64,000 nucleotides of DNA from Azolla caroliniana (taxonomy: Eukaryota; Plantae; Polypodiophyta), in NCBI GenBank assembly GCA_043228905.1, contig JBHGNT010000021.1:13020001-13084000 (forward strand), read 5' to 3'. Every line of letters begins with the position of its first letter. Position 1 is the stretch's first letter. Position numbers and translations under genes: made by a program. Below, piece after piece: positions 24,227 to 36,384 of this stretch. The notes under the pieces are model-generated. The model did no database searches. It was not told the origin of the DNA and was given only the letters and a program-made list of their open reading frames with translations.

Positions 24227-27200
24227 AGAGGACTGCCAAGGCTTGGGGCCGCGACAGTCTGGATGCTCCGGGAAAACCCCACATCTGTACGATAAGACCG
24301 TGTACAATAGGTAGGAAATTTTGCTTCTCCGACAGCGGAGCATGTACGATAGTTGGCATCGCCGGCCGAGAGAAGACAAAGACAGAGGGGAGACTTTGAG
24401 CGTGCGGAGTTCTCGGCCCTGACGAGGAAATCAACGGAGCCGTGGAGGCGGTCTCCTTCGACGACACCTTGGGAATGCTGGGGAAGGTAGTCGAAGAAGA
24501 CCTTAACGAAGACCGGACGATACCGGTATGTTCCGAAGAGATGTACGAAGCCATCGCGGACTTTGGTCGGTGGCTCGAGTCGGATCGGACGGCCTGAGTA
24601 AGCACCAAGTACAAAACTGTGGACCGGAAGGTAAGGCCAGTCGCGGTACCCTTACCGGAGGGCAGCGAGTCGCGAATCAAAGGGGTTGCATCGGACCCCA
24701 GTTTACGAGATCCGGCCTGCATAGGACACACCTTCACCAACGAGACGCTCCGGGAGCTCAAAATCGGTGGGGGCGGGTTCCTACTACCGGCGGAGGAAGA
24801 CCGGTTTCGGAGAATGCTCGGAAGGCACGGGAAAGCCTTCGCATTCTCACCGGAGGAAATCGGGTGCGTAGACCCGACGGTCGTAGAGCCGATGGTGATA
24901 TTCACGGTACCGCATGTACCGTGGAATCTCAAGCCAATTCCGGTTCCGAGAGCTCACATCCCGAAATTGATGGAGCTGTTGAAGCAGAAAGTTGATATGG
25001 GCATTCTCGAGCCGTCGAGCGCCCCGTATTCAAACCGATGGTTTACCATACCAAAGAAAAACGGATCATTGCGCTTCATTCAGGACCTGCAACCGGTCAA
25101 TAGGGTGACCATTCGGAACGCAGGGATCGGACCGACCATAGACGAGTTCGCGGAGGCCTTCGCCGGAAGGTCGATTTACTCGGTCGGTGATCTATACTCA
25201 GGGTACGACCAGTTCCAGCTAGCCGTGGAGAGCAGAGACATTACGACGATGCGAACTCCCCTCGGCCTAGTGCGGATGTGTACGCTGTCGCAAGGAGGGA
25301 CCAACTCGGTGGCCCACATGGTGAATGCGATGAACAAGGTTCTGAGGGACTGCATCCCGGACATCACCATGCCGTTTCAGGACGACATCCCGATCAAGGG
25401 ATGCCCGGTAGCAGAGAAGGACGAGACGATCGGGCCGGACGGATGCCGGCGATTCGTGGCGACGCACATCGACGACTGCGAGAAGGTGCTGCAAAGGCTA
25501 GAGGATGCGAGGCTCACCTTCTCGGGGGAGAAATCAGCCTTCGGGCAGTCGGAAATCATGGTGGTCGGACACTTATGTGGGCCATATGGCCGGAAACCGT
25601 CTCCGGCAAAGGTAGAAGCCATCTCCGCGATGAAGCCCGACTTCAGCTCAGTCACGGAAGTACGAAGATTCTTGGGAGCATGCGCGTTCTACCACATATG
25701 GATCCCGCATTACGCACACGTCGCGGAGCCGTTGTACTGGTTGCTGAAAAAAGGGCGAAGGTTCGAATGGCTTAACGAGCACAGGGAGTTGGTCCGGAAG
25801 CTGAAGGAGGCTCTTTCGGCAGCACCGACGCTCCGGAAGGCCGTCTACAAGAAGGGCACCCCAGTATACATAACGGTTGACACGAGTCCGACCGGAATCG
25901 GGTGGGTCGTCAACCAACAAGACGAGGACGGCAATCGGTTTCCGATCCGATTCGGCGCGAAAGTCCTCAGTGAGCGGCAGCGAGGATACGCCCAGGTTAA
26001 ACGCGAACTCTGGGGTATCGTTTCGGCGGTAAAGGCCGACAAAGACTATCTGATCGGGACAGAAGTGATTATCGAGACGGATTGCCTGCCAATTCTCGGC
26101 ATGGTTTCCGGATGCGCGACACCGGACCTGGCGATGCTCAGGTGGATAGCGTACATCAAGTCCCTGGACCCGGAAATACGACACATTTCCGGAAAAGACA
26201 ACGCCATGGCCGACATGCTTTCGAGGGCGAGGTTCGATGACGAGGGCGGCATGGTTTCGGAGGACGAAGAGGTCGGCGTGGACTTCTTCGAGGCAACATA
26301 CGTAACAACAGACGGGACGAGCACTCCGGCGCTTAACGACTTCGACGCGAGCAAGTACGACGGGGAGTGGCTGCGGATCGGCGGGTTCTTGAGGACAATG
26401 GCGCCGGATGCGTCATGGACGAAAGACGAGGCCAACCGGATCCGGAAGAAAGCGTACCGGTTCTTTCTCCGGGATGGCTATCTATGGAAACACCCGAAGA
26501 GGAGGAGCGGCGTCCCGCTCTGGGTGGTGGCGATGAAGGAAGAACAGGAGGAGCTGCTGGCGGCCTACCACGACAGCCCTTGGGCTGGACACCGTGGAAC
26601 GTGGGCCACGTTCGAGAAACTAAAGGGGAAGTACTGGTGGCCGGGGTTGTACCGGGACGTGCGTCGGTTCGTGACGACTTGCGAAAACTGTCAGATGCAC
26701 TCCGTAGTCCGACACCGGGACGAGCTTCACCCTACGTACCCTCCGACCATCCACTTCAAATGGATGGTAGATCTGGTGACGATGCCAATGGGGGTAGGAC
26801 AGATGCGGTATCTGGTCCTAGCACGGGAGGATCTGACGAACCAGGTGGAAGGCCGGGCCCTTCAGAACAAAACGACCGCGGCCGTATGTCGGTTCCTAAT
26901 CGAGGACGTGATATGCCGGTACGGGTGCGTCGGGAAGATCGTGGCCGACCGAGGGGAGTTGGACGCCGAAGAAGCCGCGGAGTTGTTCGACCGGCTAGGA
27001 GTCAAGGTCTCGCTCACCACTGCGTACAATCCGGAGGCGAATGGAAAGGTGGAGCGCGGACACGGGCCGATCGTCAAGGCGCTGGTTCGGGCATGCGGAG
27101 GCCAAGTCGGTAACTGGCCGCGGTTGCTACCTTATGCTTTGTGGGCAGACCGGAGTACGCACAGTTCGGTAACCGGGTACATGCCGACGGAGCTCATGTT

Positions 27201-27705
27201 CGGCCAGAAGCCGATCATGTCGATGGAACGGACGATCTCCTCATGGGCAACGGTCGACTGGAGGGACGAGATGAGCCGGGAGGAGTTGTTGGCCGCGCGT
27301 ATACGACAACTCGAGCGGAGACCGGAGGACGTGGAGTTGGCTGCGGAGAAGCTCCGGGTGGCGAGGACAAAGAACAAAGCCAGGTTCGACCGGACGCACC
27401 GGCTCCGACCGACGAAGATCGAGGAAGGTGACTGGGTGCTCGTCTACGACAGCAGCCTCGACAACCAGCACCGGGCTACACGGAAGTTCGCGCGGAGATG
27501 GTTTGGGCCGTACGCGGTACAAAGCGCCAACGACAACGGGACGTATCACCTGGCGGAACTCGACGGCACGAGAATGGCGATACCCGTGGCTGGAAAGAGG
27601 ATCAAAGCCTTCAAGAAGCGACACGACGACGAGCCAGACCCGGTTCTCCTAGACAGCAGCGACGACCGGTCCGAGACCGAGGAAGGACCGATGGGCGAAG
27701 AGTGA
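24217..27705 (+). CDS. pol of element C (RT, RNase H, integrase) in the -1 frame; two in-frame TGA stops upstream of 24619
   Basis: 1028-aa open stretch with DLYSGYDQF, FQDD, VDTSPTG, HDSPWAGH..CENC, MVDLV/ADRG/NGKVER, WFGPY. No chromodomain visible. Confidence 0.92.
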
Positions 27706-28512
27706 AGGCGGGCCGGTTTTCTCCGTCCCAACTTAATTTGGCGCATGCCGGTGGATGCGCGGTTAGGTGGGGGCGGATGTCGTGAAGAAAACCGTCCAAA
27801 GGTGGAATTGGGGCACCAAGGCGTGGGAACCGGTTCTTCACGCACGTGCGCGCCAAGTTGTACATAGAGGCGAATTAGGTACCTAGGAGGATCGAAGTGG
27901 TTAGATACGGTAGGTGCGAATTTAATGCCGAATGGCTCCTTCTTGACCGATAAAAGGAGGAGGACGGGGAGGAACAGGGGATCGCGCGGAGAGGACGAAG
28001 TGCTGTCGGACCGATTCTGGACGCTTCTCTCTCTGTTCTCCTTCCCTTTTTCTCCATAGCTTTTCGTGTGCAGGTTTTCGGGGAGGCTCGCGTTGTTTCG
28101 AGGAACGCCCGAGTGCTTCCGGCAGCACCTCCGACCTGCTCCCTTTTGTGCGACGCAGCGAACAGGCATCGGCATCTGTTCGCCGGCCTGTTCGGTTGTA
28201 ACCATCCTGTGCCCCATCGCGGGTTGTAGCTTCTTGATAAGATATTTGCCCATACATATATATATATATATATATATATTCGTTTGTTTGCGTCTACCTG
28301 TGTCGGCGTCTATTCGCGTTCTCTGTGTTGAAGGGCCGTGTCCCCGTGTATCCCCGGTCCTGCGTAACCGGTCCTCTCTCTTTCTCCGCCCTCGCTTGCT
28401 CTTCGGTTCAAGACCCCCGCGGTCCCGCCTCGTTTCTATACGTACTTGCGTAATATCGCGACAACGCGCGTGCGTGTAGAAGGGGCGGGACCACGGGGGT
28501 CTTGAACCGAGG

Positions 28513-28558
<46 letters not shown>

Positions 28559-29500
28559 GTAGATACGCGAAGCGAGAAGGAGAGATATAGAACGTGGCAC
28601 TCGATTTCAATAACAAGAGTTTACAACGACAAGAGAATACAATAACAAGAGAATACAATAACAAGAGAATACAATAACAAGAGAATACAAGAGAATACGA
28701 CTCTGACGGTTACAACTGGCAAGGCGGCGATGGACCCGACACGGGGATCCTACTCACACAGACAAACAACACTCGCTCGACATGACGTCGTTCGATGCCG
28801 ACCGTGCCTCTGGCCAGATTCGGGTCTCTTCTTTCCTACCGGCCGGCACCGATACCGGCTCCTCGAGCCTCCTCCTCAGCCCCGGCCCCGGCCCCGACGA
28901 GCTTCCGTCGCTCCAATCGTGCCGTTTGTCGAAACGGTTGCAGACCCGTTTTACCATGGCCCAGTCTGCCGTGAGCCCTTCGTCCGTTTCCAATAAGGGA
29001 CCCACCTTTTCCTTGTCGAGCGTGTCCACCGACTTGACAAATAGTAGTACTCGACTTGTTTCGAGCACTGTACAGTCCAGTGTTGACAGCCGCGCTAACC
29101 GTTTTGCTAACTCTAGGAGGAGCACAGACGTGTTCCTCCCCTTTCCGGGGCTTTCCACCCATGCCATGAAGCCCCGCCTCGACAACCGAAGCGAGTTGTC
29201 AAACCCGTACTTGTCGAGGAGCTGCAGCTCGAACTCCTGCCAAGTTTGGCACCTGACCAACACCTCGAGCACCTGTGCGTGGATGCCTGGCGTCACCACC
29301 CGAGGGAATCCGGACAACCGCATGTCCACCGGGATATCCCTCAGATCATTTCGACGGCCACCGCCATTGCCTCTGCTAGCTCCGATCCTCTCATCTTTCG
29401 ACTCCTTCGCCGCCCCGTTCACGTTGGGTTCACCAAAGATGTCACGTTGGTATGCGCGTGCGGGTAGAAGGGGCGGGACGACGGGGGTCTTGAACCGAGG

Positions 29501-29550
<50 letters not shown>

Positions 29551-30185
29551 GTAGATACGCGAAGCAAGAAGGAGAGATATAGAACGTGGCACTCGATTTC
29601 AATAACAAGAGTTTACAACGACAAGAGAATACAATAACAAGAGAATACAAGAGAATACGACTCTGACGGTTACAATCGACAAGGCTGCGACGGACCCGAC
29701 ACAGGGATCCTACTCACACACACAGACAACACTCGCTCTACTCCCAGAAACAAAACAAAAAAAAAGGGGGGGGGGGGAGAGCCTCTGCTGGAAGCACACG
29801 GGCTGTCCACGAAGCAGAGGCAGTGAGCTTCCGACCCACAGAGACTGACAGTCGGAGGAGAAGAGAGAGCTTGGCACCCAGATCTGTAGCAGCACTTCGT
29901 CCTCCCTAGCGCGCTATCCCCTTGTTCCTTCCTCCTCTCTCTCCTTAAAAAATAGTTCCCCAAAAGGGGGTGCCCCCTTTTCCTTAGCCAAACTGCTTTA
30001 TTCCCTGTCCCTATCGACAGAAATACGCACAAAATCACCTAATAAATGTGCATTACCTAGTATTTACACCAGTCGCCTTAATTACGAATTATGTACAATA
30101 TTTCAATCCTTCTGTCCACCCGTCTAAGAGCCGGTTCATGCGCCTTTTTCTTCGATTCCGCCTATGGCCGGTTTTCTTCACGACA

Positions 30186-30850
30186 ACGCTGTGGTGCACA
30201 AAATGAGTACGCCGTATTACCCACAGGCAAATGGCTTGGCGGAATTCACGAACAAAACCCTACAAACTATCCTCAAAGAGATAGTCAATGAGAACATGAT
30301 GGATTGGGACACCAAATTGCACAACGCGTTATGGGCATACCGTACCAGCTATAAGACCAGCATACAATCAACACCGTTCAGGCTAGCATTTGGTTTGGAG
30401 GCCGTGATGCCAGTCGAATTTCAGGTACCCAGTCTACGGATCCAAGTACAAGCCCGGCTAACAGAGGGCAAATCCAAACAAGTACGGCTACACCAACTGC
30501 TAGAGCTAGGAGAAACAAGGTTATGCAGTATGGCCATATTGGTGCAGGAACAGCGGCGGCGCAAAGCATTCGTGGACTGACATCGGCATGCGCGTGAAAA
30601 AGATTTTACGGTTGTGAAAGCGGTATTAGTTTTCCAAACATGCATGGGGCATATGCCAGGAAAATTAAGATTCCGCTGGACATGCCCGTACTGGATAGTC
30701 GGAGCAGAACACGACACGTTTCAACTGGGCACGTTCGCCGGGGAAGTGTTACGTCAAAAAGTGAATGGGGTTCACCTTAAACCTTATCTGGGACCCACGC
30801 CACCTAACCCGTTCCCCGCCGGACAGGACAAAGCCGAAGAATCCGCGTAG
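30186..30850 (+). pseudogene. Continuation of the element G integrase
   Basis: Removing 2176-30185 and one target copy restores LTQHYAVVHKMSTPYYPQANG. Followed by ALWAYRT, TPFRLAFG and a GPY-like RWTCPY motif. Confidence 0.93.
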
Positions 30851-32136
30851 TAAATATAATGCCCCACTTGTACTATAGTGTAAAAATAATATTGTAAGGA
30901 ACTGTTACGAAAAAAAAAGAAAAAAAAGAAAAAAAAGAAAAAAAGAGAGAAGATAGCGATGCTATTAAAAGGACTTAAGGCATGCACAGACTTCTAGGCC
31001 AAGAACACGTGGCACCACGATGGCTCACTGACCAATGAACCTTAGGCCACAAAAAGAAGGAAATAGAAGGTTTTCTGCACAATACAGAAACCAACTTTCT
31101 AACTCTCATCGCTCCCCTTCCTCACCCTCTCCTCCATCCTATCACAGAGCTCAAGATCGCCACAACCAGCAGTCTTCACCCATTAGCCACGGGCCTATTC
31201 CGACTATGCCGATACCGATCTCTGCCGCCTTGCGTCGATGGCTCGTGGAGAAACGCTTGGATGGGTACATCAGAGTTGCCGAGGCACCTCCACACCCTGA
31301 CGTAGTGGACATTGCTAGGAAGCTCAACATTGACATGGTCACCAACTCATCCATTCGGAAAAAGCTGGACCTATCATCCCTGGGTGAAAGGCATTTCGAA
31401 ATCCCTCCTACGGAGACTTTGCAGAGATATTTCGGGCCATATTCAGCGTCTGCCAAGGCATATAGAACAAAGGATATCCCTGACCCCTTCTTCCACGAAA
31501 TAGCCAAGTTCCTATTGCAAGTCGGATGCGTGCATGTAAATGCATATGGGATGCCCAAGCAGAAGGCATGTATCATCATTGATACCTTTGAAGGGCGCAC
31601 CGTCGATTGGGGGGTCATTACGGGACCGGCGTTACGAGAAGACCTGCACACGTATCAAGGAGGCAAAAAGCTAAGGCCTATAATACAACAGTATCTAATG
31701 ATACTATTCCCACCCTGAAGTCTGCCGGCACCCTAGGCCAGCAAACCCACGCCTCCGCCACGATCCGCGAAGCGAAGGTTAACGGAGTTGGCCACCACAA
31801 AGTGGGAGGCTGAATCGCAGCCGGACACACGAACGACACAGGAAGAGCGGGCGGAGCGCAGTGAGGAACCTGCGCAGGAACCGAAAGCCGAGACACTCCA
31901 AGGAAGCTGGAGGCCGAAACAGCGGAGGCTGGATAGGAAGGATGGGCGTGGGTTAGTTAAAGACACACTCGCGACTACAGAGACGCCGACCGGGGTTGAC
32001 AGCTCCGTAGCTACGGAGCCCAACACCACCTTCGAAATAATCCAGGAACCACGACTGATCATTACGGCCCAGTCACAGCGGGGGAAAGGTGTATTTATGG
32101 CGGAAAGCGAGGTCCTGGCATATCCAGACATTCCGG

Positions 32137-32697
32137 TGTTGTGTTGTTACGCTCTCACATGTGAAAGAAGGAGGGAAGCGACTCACAGAAACACAAGGAG
32201 AGAGAGACGGGAACAAAAGATTCAATTACAATGTCAACAACGATTACAACTGACAAACCTGTAGCAGAACCCAAACGGAGGTCCCACGCACACACATGTA
32301 CAACACAGCGAACACACGGTGGAGCCTCTGCTGGAAGCACATGGGCTCACGCGCAACAGAGGCAACCGACACAGAAGAGTAGTGGAGAGCAACGATGGAG
32401 CAGGAGAGAGCTCGGTCCCAGTCCGACAACACTACGTCCTCACCAAAACGCGATCCCCTTTTTACGATTCCTCTCCCTCTCTTTTATAGCCCAAGGAGGG
32501 AGGCCGTTACAACTTGTTACATCATCTTAGAGATATGCTTCGATTTCCTACCTATCAAATCCGTGCGACCTAGGATATTCACATCAGCTGACTTGTACCT
32601 AAATATGTACATTACAACAAAACTTATGCCTGCGTGTAAGGGCCGGTTTGTGCACATCATTCTCCGATTCTGCCAAGGGACGGTTTTCTCCATGATA
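32137..32697 (-). mobile_element. Old solo LTR of the Trp-primed family
   Basis: Decayed termini TGTTGTGTTGTTACGC and TTTTCTCCATGATA. TSD CCGG/CTGG. Blocks shared with the B LTR (GAGCCTCTGCTGGAAGCAC). The host ORF is restored on removal. Confidence 0.85.
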
Positions 32698-34251
32698 CTG
32701 GACACGGTCCATGAGTTTGGCGCACTATTACAATTCGGAACCACTTTTGAACTCATGCAATTTTTGGCAATGCAACAAATAAAAGTCTCACAACAAATGG
32801 CCGAGGAGCACGCGGGGCGCCAAAAGATCGAGCGCGCACTAACACAAACGGCGGAAAGCGACGATGAGGAGCAGTTAGCCAGAGTCGGCAGATAGAGGAA
32901 CACCGGTATATGCCGAATGGGGATGGAACTACCCCCATTAAACGCGGCCCTTGTCGAGATTCATCGGGAACTGCCGAAGGTCAGCATGGGCGCTAAGGAT
33001 ATGGCGATTAAAAATAAAAATGTCTGGAAGATTGTCAAACTGACCCAAGCCGAGCTACAAAAGGCCAACACACGCATCGCGGAGTTGGAGCGTAACACGA
33101 CTACAGCGCAGCAGGCAGCTCAACCAACGGCCAACGCCGCCGAGACCCTGAGAGAAGAAATCGAAGCCTAGACCACCATTGCCTTGAAAGCAAAACGGGC
33201 CGTGCAACTGGCGGAATTAGAGATTGATAGTCTCCGCTCCGAACTTCGCCAGTCCTTGGACAGAGAGAAGGACATCTAGGCCAACGGCCGAAAGGCAGTA
33301 AAAACACTTGAAGAGAAACTCGCAACGGAGGCAGCATGGCTCACCCGCATGAAAGAAGAAAACGCCAAACTACGGGAGGAAGAGAAAAAATCGGAAGCGG
33401 CGATTACGGGACTCCGAGCATTATTAGAAAAAAAGAAAGCATGGTTCGATGAGGAGCCGGTTGGAGAACAGGAGAGGCGACATCAGCTAGAAATCCGCCT
33501 GAACAATGAAATGGGAAAGTTGGAAGAACTACATTTATAGGAATCTTAGCTATGGGCAGGAATGAGGAGCGCTTATGAGGAAGCGGCGGCGGTTAGTAAC
33601 ACGAAATCGAAAACCTCAAGAAATCGGTAGAAGAAGCACGCAACCATTGCCAAGCAATAACAGACAACGTGCGCATACTTCTGCAAACGAATCGGGAGAG
33701 GTTTACGACGCAATTAAAATCAATGCTAGACAAAGGATGGATGGCGTGGGCCGCACAAGCGGCAGAATTGCATATGTACTAGGCGGACTGGGAGAACAGA
33801 AGGAAAGACAGCCGAGGGTTCTACAAACTCAATGAGAAAAGCATTGTGGTAGTACGCAAGGACCTAGCGTAGGACTATCGCACGCTAGCGGACCAACATT
33901 CCGAGGAACTTGCGCAGGTACTAGATTATTTTGGCGAAAGTCAGGAGGACCTGTTTCACCAGATCATGCAAGCCGGCAACACGCGAACAAACGAGGAATC
34001 CATCGTGATACCAAGTCCGGATACTACCGAACAATAGGAACCTCAGCCCATGTCACCGGAAATTACCACTACCATGGACAACACGGAACGGCGAGCGGAG
34101 CCCCCCGCAATACCAGAAAGCGAAACCGCGGACCAAGAGGAACCCCAACCACCGGAGCGTATGACTATGGCCGACATCACGGAAGACGTTCCAGAGCAAG
34201 AGGAACCCCAACCCCACTCACCGGAGCGTACGGCTACGACCGACATCACGG

Positions 34252-34894
34252 TGTCGTGAAGATTTCCGGTTATAGTGTGAAACCGGGCTGGAATAGGGCA
34301 AGTCGGTGGTGTGCAACACGTGCACTTGTATAGTAGGAAAACAGTGTATAGAATAAGCGGGGGTATTTATCCCACATTGTAATGTCCCTCCCTCCTTGGG
34401 CTATAAAATGAAGGGGGGGGTCACTTGTATTGGGTTGCCCATTTTGAGTCGTAAGGGTATACCATTTTGTAGAGGGTCTCCCTTTTTGTTAAGAATTCCT
34501 AGGGTTAGTAGCTTCCTTTTTTCTTTTCTTCTTCTTCTTCTCCATCTTGAGAAGTCGGACGCCGCAGCTATGGCGGCAAAGCTATTAGGTTAACTTCCTT
34601 TCTTGGGAGCGTAGCCGGCTCAAAGCCAGAGTTGTATCTTTTCCCCTATAATATATATATTTATACCTGTTTGTGCATATTGGTGTATTTGGCGGTATTG
34701 GGAACATAACCCTTGTTCCCTGTGCATAAGAGTCGGCGTCCCGCGCATGCTCTCTCTCTCCTTTGTCTCTCTCTCCCGTGTTCGGTTGCCTCCGGGACGT
34801 GTTCGGAGTCGGTTTTCTTGGCGTCTCGTTCTCCCTTGTCCGAGACACCCTGTGGTCCCGCCCCTTCTACACGCACGCGCGTATCAATGCGACA
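34252..34894 (+). mobile_element. Solo LTR of the Trp-primed family
   Basis: TGTCGTGAAG...ATGCGACA, TSD ACGG on both sides, CTATAAAA promoter block shared with the A and D LTRs. Confidence 0.95.
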
Positions 34895-35159
34895 ACGGAG
34901 GAAGTTACGGACGAGACAGAACCGCGACCTACCGCAAGCCCGCCAACGGCTGAACCAACCACAATAGCACAAGAAGAACCAGCAGAACTCGGGCCGCCCA
35001 CACAAGAAGCCAGTGACACCATGGGAAGCCCTCCCGAGCAAGTAGGGAAACCACACAACGACGCGCCTATGGGCCCTACGCCGTCGCTGAACCCGGACAC
35101 CGGAGCAGAACCAAACATTAGGGACATTTTGGAGGAAGATTAAAGGGGTCGGTCCGACG

Positions 35160-35646
35160 TGCCATGCCACTGTCCCAGAGGCGTGCCAGGTCTTGTCCGG
35201 AAAAATAGTAACCGACGGCCAAGAGCGCAAAAATATAGAATATAGTAATATTGTAACGCATGTAAACGGTTCACGCGGGAAGCGTGAACGGTAAAAGAAC
35301 TTGCGTATATAAAGGGCAAAAATTCTCTGATAGAGGTAGTGTGTAAATTTTGGTGCATAGAGCGTATCTTAATAGAGTTGTATCTTCTTTGATATCCTGT
35401 GCATATCTGTGGTTAATCTACTGTGTGTCTATGATTCTTGGTTGCGTATTGTAAGCATAAGTGTGAGTGCTGTGACGAGTACGTTGCCTAGGGAGTTCGG
35501 TTGTTGCCGTCTCTCTTATACATGACTAGGATACGGAGAGGTATCCCATTACGCTTAATGGCACAACGATACCATTCGGAGCTACGCAGTCACCTTGAGG
35601 TCTAGGTCGAAGGACTGACTGAAGACCGCATTCCTAACTGGTAACA
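35160..35646 (+). repeat. Probable 3' LTR of element G
   Basis: Follows a purine-rich tract, has TG...CA ends (ends GGTAACA) and an internal TATATAAAG. The partner LTR lies outside the window and the start is uncertain. Confidence 0.6.
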
Positions 35647-36384
35647 GTGGTCGGGTGAGGCAGGGAGCGTGCAGACTATCTACGCCTTTCTTGAGTTCCT
35701 GCTTGTTGGTTCTCAACACTCCACGGTTCGGTATGTTTGTGTGTGTGTGGGTGTTGGCTTCGTTGCTTGTGACGAGCCCACGTGCTAGGTGGTTCGTTGG
35801 TAGGTTTCCCCTCCTTGGCGCGCAAGACCCAACTTGAGTCGGCGAGCCCGTGCGCTCCCTGTAGGCGGCTTGGCGACAGCAGGTGGTTGTTCTGGAAGAG
35901 GCATGCCCTGCACGAGGGTCCCATCGTGCGAATGAGCCTGGGAGCTCTCAGACGGGCCCTAGGATGCAGGCCTCGTCTTCCTCTCCGTGTGGAACTAGTG
36001 TCGCGTATGTATGTGTGTGTGTGTTTCTAGTTAGCATAGGTTCCGAGAACGGGTGCGTGTGTGGTCGCCGGTGTAGAGGTGCCGGTTGTAACGGGTGTGT
36101 ATATGTGTGTGTGCGTGTGCGTGTGCGCGGACGCGGTTAATTGGGCCGTGTCCCGTGCCTCTTTTGGGTCCCTTGTACATACGGGCGAAAGGGGAGGCAA
36201 GGAGGAGGGCGTGCTCTCACTTCCCGTGCGATTACCGGTCGTGTTTGGAGAGTATCCGGGATGGAACCGGTCGGCAACGCGACAAGGTCCGGAGGATTCA
36301 GGTTCTCGGCAACTCCTCCCCTCTGGTCCATGATCCCGGTGGTCCCTGCCTGGATCCGACATGCAAGTGCGAATTACCGCGACA
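35647..36384 (+). mobile_element. 3' part of another Trp-family LTR, interrupted by element G and inserted into a Copia RT
   Basis: Ends GGTGGTCCCTGCC...ACCGCGACA like the family U5. Followed by ACGT and Copia RT codons YVTKVLH. Confidence 0.75.

Larger units (their letters stand above)
21374..28463 (+). mobile_element. Element C: young full-length Trp-primed Ty3/gypsy element
   Basis: LTRs 21374-22057 and 27778-28463 differ by roughly six substitutions plus one TA unit (by eye). TSD ACGC at 21370-21373 and 28464-28467, PBS 22061-22077, PPT before 27778. Confidence 0.97.
7421..30185 (-). mobile_element. Element B: autonomous-type Trp-primed Ty3/gypsy with a duplicated 5' module and a truncated second tandem unit
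   Basis: Full LTRs 29440-30185 and 9067-9769. Half LTRs 21358-21373 plus 28464-28781, and 8023-8317. Four PBS copies (perfect at 8001-8018), PPT at about 9770-9782, gag-pro and pol ORFs. Confidence 0.93.
31206..35143 (+). pseudogene. Extra sense ORF downstream of pol in element G (~900 codons, coiled-coil rich), split by two solo LTRs
   Basis: Frame runs from MPIPISAALRRW through point stops. Removing the solo LTR at 32137-32697 restores YPDIPDTVHEFG. E/K/L heptad-rich middle and an acidic Pro/Thr-rich tail ending at TAA 35143. Confidence 0.75.
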
